NCBI GenBank assembly: GCA_046725125.1
Contig: JBKOXY010000306.1
Location: forward strand, 1 to 33,107
Direction of reading: 5' to 3'
DNA: 33,107 nucleotides
Origin: Pseudomonadota bacterium
GTDB lineage: Bacteria > Pseudomonadota > Alphaproteobacteria > Rhizobiales > Xanthobacteraceae
Program-made: the position numbers and the translations under genes
In this document: positions 27,775 to 33,107 of the stretch, piece by piece
Position numbering within the stretch: the first letter of the stretch is position 1
Layout of the letters: the number at the start of each line of letters is the position of its first letter
Notes under the pieces: generated by a model
The model's input: the letters and a program-made list of their open reading frames with translations, nothing else
The model's database searches: none
What the model was told of the DNA's origin: nothing

Positions 27775-28839
27775 GTGCACAACGATCCAACATTGACGTC
27801 TTCCAGCACATGGCTGGCGCGAAGTTTGGCGGACATTCGCCCATCTTTGCCTGGCTTGTTGCTGTCGTCCCTGGTCGCAATCAGCGCCTCGGCAGCCGCT
27901 CGGCTCCTCGGCGGGCTCGTCCCCATCCCCGCCATGGTGATCGCGCTTCTGATCGGCATCGCGCTCAATCCGCTGGCGCGGCGCCCACCGTTTCAGGCCG
28001 GCATCGTGCTTTGCCTCAAGGTCATCTTGCGTTGGGCGGTCGCATTGCTGGGCCTGCGGATTGCACTAGGTGAGATTGCGGCGCTGGGATTGACGACGGC
28101 GATCCTGGTGGTCGTCGCGATGGCCGCCACGTTGGCCGGGGGGTTTCTGCTCGCGCGCCTATTCGCGTTGGAACGAGCCTACGGAGCATTGGCCGGCGCC
28201 GGGACCGCGGTGTGCGGGGCGTCCGCCACGCTCGCCACCTCAATCGTGTTGCCGGACTATAAAGGCAAAGAGACGGATATCGCCTTCGTCGTGGTCGCTG
28301 TGAATGCGCTGTCGACTCTGGCGATGATCCTCTATCCGCTCATCTGCGTTTGGCTCGAATTCGATCCGCAGACCACCGGCGTCATGCTCGGGGCGACCAT
28401 TCATGATGTCGCGCAGGTGGTCGGCGCCGGATACGCGGTGTCGGAGACGGCAGGCAACACTGCGGTGATCGTCAAGCTATTTCGCGTTCTCCTGATGTTG
28501 CCCCTCGTCCTCGTCATCGGCTGGCTGTTTGCACGGCGAGCCGTCGCGACGGCCGCCACCAAGATTCCGATCCCAGTTTTCGCGCTAGTGTTCGTAGCTC
28601 TATGCGCGCTCAACAGTATCGCGGCCCCATTACCCACGGTTGCGCGCATGCTCGCTTGGATCAAGGCTCCGTTGATCGAAGCATCGACTTGGGGCCTGTT
28701 GATTGCAATCTCGGCGCTCGGGCTCGGCACGTCGTTGACTGCCATTGCCGCGCTGGGGTGGCGTCACGTGGCGACGGTGACCGGGACGACTTTGGTCATT
28801 TTAGCTGCCGTGACGACGGGACTGATGATAATGCGGTGA
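27775..28839 (+). CDS. YeiH family (UPF0324) putative sulfate exporter / integral membrane protein
   Basis: 354 aa polytopic membrane protein whose pattern (LPGLLLSSLVAISASAAA..., ...GASATLATS..., ...IHDVAQVVGAGY...) is typical of the YeiH family. The start is uncertain (GTG at 27775). Confidence 0.82.
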   Translation: MHNDPTLTSSSTWLARSLADIRPSLPGLLLSSLVAISASAAARLLGGLVPIPAMVIALLIGIALNPLARRPPFQAGIVLCLKVILRWAVALLGLRIALGEIAALGLTTAILVVVAMAATLAGGFLLARLFALERAYGALAGAGTAVCGASATLATSIVLPDYKGKETDIAFVVVAVNALSTLAMILYPLICVWLEFDPQTTGVMLGATIHDVAQVVGAGYAVSETAGNTAVIVKLFRVLLMLPLVLVIGWLFARRAVATAATKIPIPVFALVFVALCALNSIAAPLPTVARMLAWIKAPLIEASTWGLLIAISALGLGTSLTAIAALGWRHVATVTGTTLVILAAVTTGLMIMR

Positions 28840-29021
28840 ACGAGCGCTGTCGGCGAAGTGCAACGGTATTCGTCGCAGGGTCTTAACGGTCTGTTTACCC
28901 GAACGGCAAAAACTGCACCGAGGGATCAGGGCCGCGTAGCTATTCGCCATCTGTTAACGAGCGCCGGCTCCACGAGAGCCGTCCGGCTCCCGCTCCACCT
29001 ATCGAACATGCGGATGCGGGA

Positions 29022-30695
29022 ATGACATCTGGCGTTCCGTGGCAAATTAAAGGAGTGAGCCGGCACACGCGCGAGGCCGCGTGTGAGGCCGCGCGCCGCT
29101 CCGGCATCCCAGTCGGCGAATGGCTCGATCGCGTCATTCTTGATTTGGCCTTGCAGGACGGCGTCGACCCGAGACGGTTCGCGCAGTCGCCATCCGATCC
29201 ACACGACGATGGAGGCGACCAGGATGCGCCGCCGTCCTGCCACCTCGGCTGGGCCGTCAAACCGCTGTGCGACGACCTCGCCAAGATCAGTCTGATGCTG
29301 CGGGAGACCGTGCCGCGCAAGGCGGTCGAGGCACTCGAAAGCGAGGTGCGCAAACTTGCTGACCGCGTCGAGTACACGCGCTATGCAGGCGGCGATGGAA
29401 CTGGGCTCGCAAGCGATGTGCGCGAGGCCGCCAAAACACGCGAGGTGTTGCGCGCGGTGATGCCCGCTGAAAGCCTTCTCGGCATAGCCCGAGCAGTGCA
29501 GCAACTCTCGCAGAAGGTCGCCAAGCTGATCGAGAGGCTCGACGCCTCCGACGCCCGCCTCAATCATCTCGAAGCGATCGAGCGCGGACTGGCGGAACTG
29601 CTCGTCCATTTCGCACGCCAGCGCGTGCCGAATCTCGCTCGCGTCGCAGCGCCGCCGGACCTGGATGCGCTCTCGCACGACCTCGCCGAGCTCAGGCGGA
29701 CCGAAAAGAAGACACAGGATTCGCTCGAAGTCGTCCGCGGCATGCTAGGGCACATCGTCGATCGGCTGGCCGTGATCGAGATCGACATGCGTGGCAAGGC
29801 CGCGGCGCGGCCAGACGCCACGCTCGCGCCGAAGGCGGATTGGCTTGCGCCAGCCGCTCAGATGACATCGAAGCCGCATAGCGCGCCCGAGAAGCCCGCG
29901 GCACCTTCAACTGCCGACCCGGCTTCCACCGTCCCCATGACGCCCGAGTCCGCAGCGTTTTCCGCGACCGAACACGGCCCGATCGACCCGAGCCTGCCGC
30001 CCGATCATCCGGTGGAAATGGCTGCTGGGAAAGCCCGTGGTGAGAGACCCGCCTTGCCGGCCGATCGCGTGCCCGCCTCCGAGTCGGAGCTCGGGGCGGT
30101 CAAACCGTCCGTCAATCCGGATTGCGGTGGCAAGTCTGACTTCATCGCCGCAGCGCGCCGCGCTGCGCAGGCGGGACGGGACGTCGCCTCCGCGAACGAC
30201 GCGTCGGCCGCCGACGGGTCGGCGAGTGACGTCGGCAGACTGCGCGCGTTGATCGGAGGAACGGCTGCCATTCTGGTCGTAGTTGGGCTGCTCCAGATCG
30301 CGCGGATCCTGGTCGCCCCCTCCGATGGAGTGAAGCTGACCATGCCGAGCGACACGGCTGTCAGCCGCGACGCCCCGCCCCCTGCCGTTGAAGCAGCGGC
30401 CAGCGCTGCTGGGCTCGCTTCCCCCGCGTCAGCCGCACTCTTTCCGGCCGGCCGGCCATCGGCCATTTTTTCCACCGCCGACGGCGCGGCCGTTGCCACC
30501 TCTGAAACCAGCATCTTGGTTCCGGTATGGACGCCCGAGCAGGAGCCGGAAGCGACTGGACAAATTCAGACGTCGCGGCACCGCTCGGACCGCGCCGGGG
30601 CCACGACCACCGCATCCGCTCCTGCGTCCGCCAAGCCCGCGCCACCCGCAGCCCCGCTCAACCTCGACCTTGCCATGCCGGGTCCTGCACAATAA
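29022..30695 (+). CDS. PodJ-N-terminal-like coiled-coil membrane protein (no recognisable periplasmic domain)
   Basis: 557 aa with an ATG start. The N-terminus PWQIKGVSRHTREAACEAARRSGIPVGEWLDRVI resembles the conserved N-terminus of polar localization factor PodJ as I remember it. Coiled-coil-like heptads, a Pro/Ala-rich linker and one TM (LIGGTAAILVVVGLLQIARILV) follow. The tail of about 130 aa is low-complexity. Third-position GC favours this strand over the antisense 250-aa ORF. Confidence 0.7.
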   Translation: MTSGVPWQIKGVSRHTREAACEAARRSGIPVGEWLDRVILDLALQDGVDPRRFAQSPSDPHDDGGDQDAPPSCHLGWAVKPLCDDLAKISLMLRETVPRKAVEALESEVRKLADRVEYTRYAGGDGTGLASDVREAAKTREVLRAVMPAESLLGIARAVQQLSQKVAKLIERLDASDARLNHLEAIERGLAELLVHFARQRVPNLARVAAPPDLDALSHDLAELRRTEKKTQDSLEVVRGMLGHIVDRLAVIEIDMRGKAAARPDATLAPKADWLAPAAQMTSKPHSAPEKPAAPSTADPASTVPMTPESAAFSATEHGPIDPSLPPDHPVEMAAGKARGERPALPADRVPASESELGAVKPSVNPDCGGKSDFIAAARRAAQAGRDVASANDASAADGSASDVGRLRALIGGTAAILVVVGLLQIARILVAPSDGVKLTMPSDTAVSRDAPPPAVEAAASAAGLASPASAALFPAGRPSAIFSTADGAAVATSETSILVPVWTPEQEPEATGQIQTSRHRSDRAGATTTASAPASAKPAPPAAPLNLDLAMPGPAQ

Positions 30696-30775
30696 AAAAT
30701 GTGCGCAGGCGTGGCGTGCGCGACGAACATCGGTAGAATGCGCTCGCCTGTCCGCTGAGTCCCGAGCCAATTCGC

Positions 30776-30797
30776 GGGCGCCGTGCCGGCGGCGCCC
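30776..30797. other. perfect 8-bp all-GC inverted repeat (stem-loop) downstream of the PodJ-like gene
   Basis: gggcgccg (30776-30783) pairs perfectly with cggcgccc (30790-30797) around the 6-nt loop tgccgg. No T-tract follows, so a terminator role is uncertain. Confidence 0.3.
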
Positions 30798-30964
30798 TCT
30801 CGCCACGATAAGCGCAAGTCGGCTCCGCCGGCTGCTGTCGCGATTTCGTCAGACGGCCATTTGCGGGAGTCGCACCGCGAATTCGGTCGAGACTCTATCA
30901 ACTTTTCGCAGGACCGGCGGGACCCGGCCTGCGAACACTGAGCCTCGAACCAAGGACCGCGCGC

Positions 30965-31891
30965 TTGCAGATCTACCTTCCGATCGCAGACCTGCCGGTC
31001 AACGTGTTTGTCATTCTGGCTATGGGGCTCGCGGTCGGATTCATCTCCGGGATGTTCGGCATCGGTGGCGGGTTTCTCATGACGCCGCTACTGATCTTTC
31101 TCGGCATCTCACCGGCGGTGGCGGTGGCGAGCGTCACCGGCCAAATCGCCGCCTCCTCGATGTCCGGCGCCGTCAGCTATTGGCGACGCCGAGCGATCGA
31201 TCTCGCACTCGCCTTCATGCTGCTCGCGGGCGGCATAGTCGGCACCGCTTTTGGCGTCTGGCTTTTCACGACGCTGCGCGCAGTCGGCCAGCTCGATATC
31301 ACTATCGGTGTTTCGTACGTCGTTCTTCTCGGGATTGTCGGCGCACTGATGGTAACCGAGAGCGTGCGCGCCATCATCCGCGCACGGCAAGGCAAGCCGG
31401 TCGAGCTACGCAGGCCCGGTAGCCATACTTGGATCCATGGGCTACCACTCAAGTTGCGCTTCAAACGCTCGCGCATTTATGTCTCCGCGATCCCCGTCTT
31501 GGGGATCGGATTTATCATCGGCTTCGTCGGAGCGGTCATGGGCATCGGCGGTGGGTTCCTGTTGGTGCCCATGCTGATCTACGTGCTGCGGGTACCGACA
31601 GCGACGGTGATCGGCACCTCCATGGTACTCACGCTCGTGACTATGGCGTCCGCCACAGTCATGCACGCGGCCGTCAATCACCTTGTCGATGCATTGCTGG
31701 CACTGTTTCTGATGGTCGGCGGTGTGATCGGGGCGCAGTTCGGCGCGCGCGCCGGACAGAAGATGAGCGGAGAGCGGCTCCGTCTCCTCCTCGGCCTGCT
31801 GGTGCTTGCGGTCGGAATCCGCTTCGCGCTCGATCTCGTGCTACCGCCGGAGAACCTCTATTCTATCCGTATGTTGGACGCCGACACATGA
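30965..31891 (+). CDS. sulfite exporter TauE/SafE family (DUF81) membrane protein
   Basis: 308 aa with two repeated halves, each carrying a GxGGG motif (GMFGIGGGFLMTPLLIF and AVMGIGGGFLLVPMLIY). Apparent TTG start (MQIYLPIADL). Confidence 0.87.
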   Translation: MQIYLPIADLPVNVFVILAMGLAVGFISGMFGIGGGFLMTPLLIFLGISPAVAVASVTGQIAASSMSGAVSYWRRRAIDLALAFMLLAGGIVGTAFGVWLFTTLRAVGQLDITIGVSYVVLLGIVGALMVTESVRAIIRARQGKPVELRRPGSHTWIHGLPLKLRFKRSRIYVSAIPVLGIGFIIGFVGAVMGIGGGFLLVPMLIYVLRVPTATVIGTSMVLTLVTMASATVMHAAVNHLVDALLALFLMVGGVIGAQFGARAGQKMSGERLRLLLGLLVLAVGIRFALDLVLPPENLYSIRMLDADT

Positions 31892-32673
31892 GGCGCCCTT
31901 CCCCATTTGCCCTTCTCGCTGCGCTCTGCGCGCTCACCGTGTCGGTTGCGCCCGCCGCCGGCGAGCGGCTGGTCGCTTCCCTGTCCAATCACCGAGTGAT
32001 GGTCACGTCGAATTTCACTGGCGAAGAGCTCGTGCTGTTCGGCGGAATAGAGCAGGATGCAGCGTCGCGGCCGCGACGCGCCGGCTACGACATCGTCGTT
32101 ACAGTCACCGGGCCGCGCCAGACCGTAGTGACGTTCCGCAAGGCGAGAGCGCTTGGCATCTGGGTCAATGCCGACTCGCGCGTGCTCGAGGATGCACCCG
32201 CCTATCTCGCGGTGCTCTCAAACCGACCCCTCGACGCCATCACCAACGCCGAAACGCTACGCCGCCTGCAGCTTGGCCTCGACAACATCCCCTTGCCGCA
32301 GCGCGCTAGCGTCAAGATCGCCGATGCCGCGAGCGATGATCCCTTCCGCGTCGCCTTCATTAAGATCAAGAGCGATCAGGGGCTCTACCGCGAGGCGTCG
32401 AACGGCGTGACCTTCCTCGCCCCGGCGTTGTTCCGCGCTTCGATACCGTTGCCGGCCGAGGTGCCGGTTGGCACCTACGAGGTGGACGTCAGGCTGTTCG
32501 CCGACGGCGCGCAGATCGCACGCACACCCGCTCCATTCGAGGTCTACAAATCAGGCTTCGAGCAGGTCGTTACCGTCGCTGCGCGGGACCACGGCGTGCT
32601 CTACGGCCTCGCCACGGCAATAATGGCAATCGCCACCGGCTGGTTCGCATCGGTTGTGTTCCGGCGGGATTGA
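31888..32673 (+). CDS. TIGR02186 family protein (alphaproteobacterial putative transmembrane protein)
   Basis: 261 aa from the ATG at 31888, which overlaps the TauE stop (ATGA). It has a signal peptide (FALLAALCALTVSVAPAAG) and a C-terminal TM (LYGLATAIMAIATGWFASVVF). The track ORF is over-extended upstream inside tauE. The family name is from memory of this conserved pairing. Confidence 0.8.
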   Translation: MRRPSPFALLAALCALTVSVAPAAGERLVASLSNHRVMVTSNFTGEELVLFGGIEQDAASRPRRAGYDIVVTVTGPRQTVVTFRKARALGIWVNADSRVLEDAPAYLAVLSNRPLDAITNAETLRRLQLGLDNIPLPQRASVKIADAASDDPFRVAFIKIKSDQGLYREASNGVTFLAPALFRASIPLPAEVPVGTYEVDVRLFADGAQIARTPAPFEVYKSGFEQVVTVAARDHGVLYGLATAIMAIATGWFASVVFRRD

Positions 32674-32838
32674 GTCGCGGCGCATCAACCGGCTACGCTG
32701 GGACAAGCCGCCCCGCGAGGCTGACCGGCTGGAAACGCTCGAACGAATGCTGGAAAAGATCGAGACCGGCCGCGGCGCGCCCGCCGCGGCGCGTCAACGT
32801 GATAGGATGTTATCATGAGCATGCCAATGGAGCGGCCG

Positions 32839-33107
32839 ATGGCCAACAATTACGTCAATCGGTTCTTTGGTGGGCCGCCATTGTCGGTCATCTTCCGGCT
32901 GATCCTGCTATCGATCCTCATCGGCGTGATCCTGGAGGTACTCGGGCTCGATCCCTGGAACATTATCGAAAGCCTGAAACGGCTCGTGCTGCGCATCTGG
33001 GACATGGGCTTCGACGCGGTGCGCTGGCTCTGGCGCTATCTCCTCCTCGGCGCCGCCGTGGTGGTGCCGATCTGGTTGGTCGTGCGACTCATGCGCGTGG
33101 CCAAGGG
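32839..33107 (+). CDS. small integral membrane protein, partial (runs off window; possibly DUF6460-like)
   Basis: Hand-translated open frame MANNYVNRFFGGPPLSVIFRLILLSILIGVILEVLGLDPWNIIESLKRLVLRIWDMGFDAVRWLWRYLLLGAAVVVPIWLVVRLMRVAK..., absent from the track because there is no stop. The ATG at 32839 has GGAG 6 nt upstream. In-frame ATGs at 32815, 32821 and 32827 are alternatives. Confidence 0.55.
   Translation, partial: MANNYVNRFFGGPPLSVIFRLILLSILIGVILEVLGLDPWNIIESLKRLVLRIWDMGFDAVRWLWRYLLLGAAVVVPIWLVVRLMRVAK

Noticed and set aside
27581-27796. 71-aa plus-strand ORF in the fad/yeiH intergenic region, with a GAGGGA upstream.
   Set aside because: I counted third-position GC at only about 66%, well below the clearly coding genes here. 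There is no recognisable domain or hydrophobic pattern, and it overlaps the yeiH start. It is probably non-coding leader or promoter DNA.
28883-28897. TTAA-N7-TTTA (ttaacggtctgttta), a near CtrA-box upstream of the PodJ-like gene.
   Set aside because: The second half-site is imperfect, and a single near-match of this degenerate motif is expected by chance. It would only be worth revisiting if conserved in orthologous promoters.
28926-29678. 250-aa minus-strand ORF antisense to the start of the PodJ-like gene.
   Set aside because: The plus-strand frame has a recognisable conserved N-terminal motif, coiled-coil periodicity, a TM helix and high third-position GC. The antisense product has no recognisable features.
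32747-32818. 23-codon upstream ORF (MLEKIETGRGAPAAARQRDRMLS) ending in an ATGA overlap with the first in-frame ATG of the last gene.
   Set aside because: It is very short with no convincing ribosome-binding site. The downstream gene more likely starts at 32839, which removes the apparent coupling. It cannot be supported from sequence alone.

Overview
High-GC (about 65-68% in the lines I counted) alphaproteobacterial chromosomal segment with Hyphomicrobiales/Bradyrhizobiaceae-like gene order. Most of it is conserved housekeeping. On the minus strand from about 12.2 kb down to 0.5 kb lies a complete aa3-type cytochrome c oxidase cluster: coxB, coxA/ctaD, heme O synthase ctaB, a 52-aa CoxF-like ORF missing from the ORF track, ctaG/Cox11 and coxC/ctaE. 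It continues with an RclA-like flavoprotein disulfide reductase, DUF983, SURF1, thrC, an M16 peptidase and a GNAT acetyltransferase. An unlisted partial lipoprotein gene runs off the left edge. To the right are IalB-family and tldD genes, then a small uncharacterised minus-strand block: a twin-PAN secreted protein, a secreted protein with a His-His mature N-terminus, and a coupled 4-TM protein. Next come a KefB/KefC-like K+ efflux antiporter, a lower-GC (about 45-60%) 1.8 kb gene for a Tat-signal amidohydrolase broken by two compensating frameshifts, and gshA. A minus-strand beta-oxidation operon follows (acyl-CoA dehydrogenase, thiolase, two tandem cupin paralogs, FadB/FadJ-like enzyme). The window ends with a YeiH-family protein, a PodJ-N-terminal-like membrane protein with no recognisable periplasmic domains, and a TauE/TIGR02186/small-membrane-protein module running off the right edge. 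I found no rRNA, tRNA, CRISPR array, transposase, integrase or recognisable defence system. Nothing here is an obvious new system. The best candidates are the His-His protein/4-TM/PAN block, the tandem cupins inside the fad operon, the short PodJ-like protein, and two tandem stem-loop repeats in divergent promoter regions. Many long ORFs in the track are alternate-frame or antisense artefacts of high GC, and several true genes are over-extended at their N-termini. All family assignments come from reading motifs and from memory, not from database searches.
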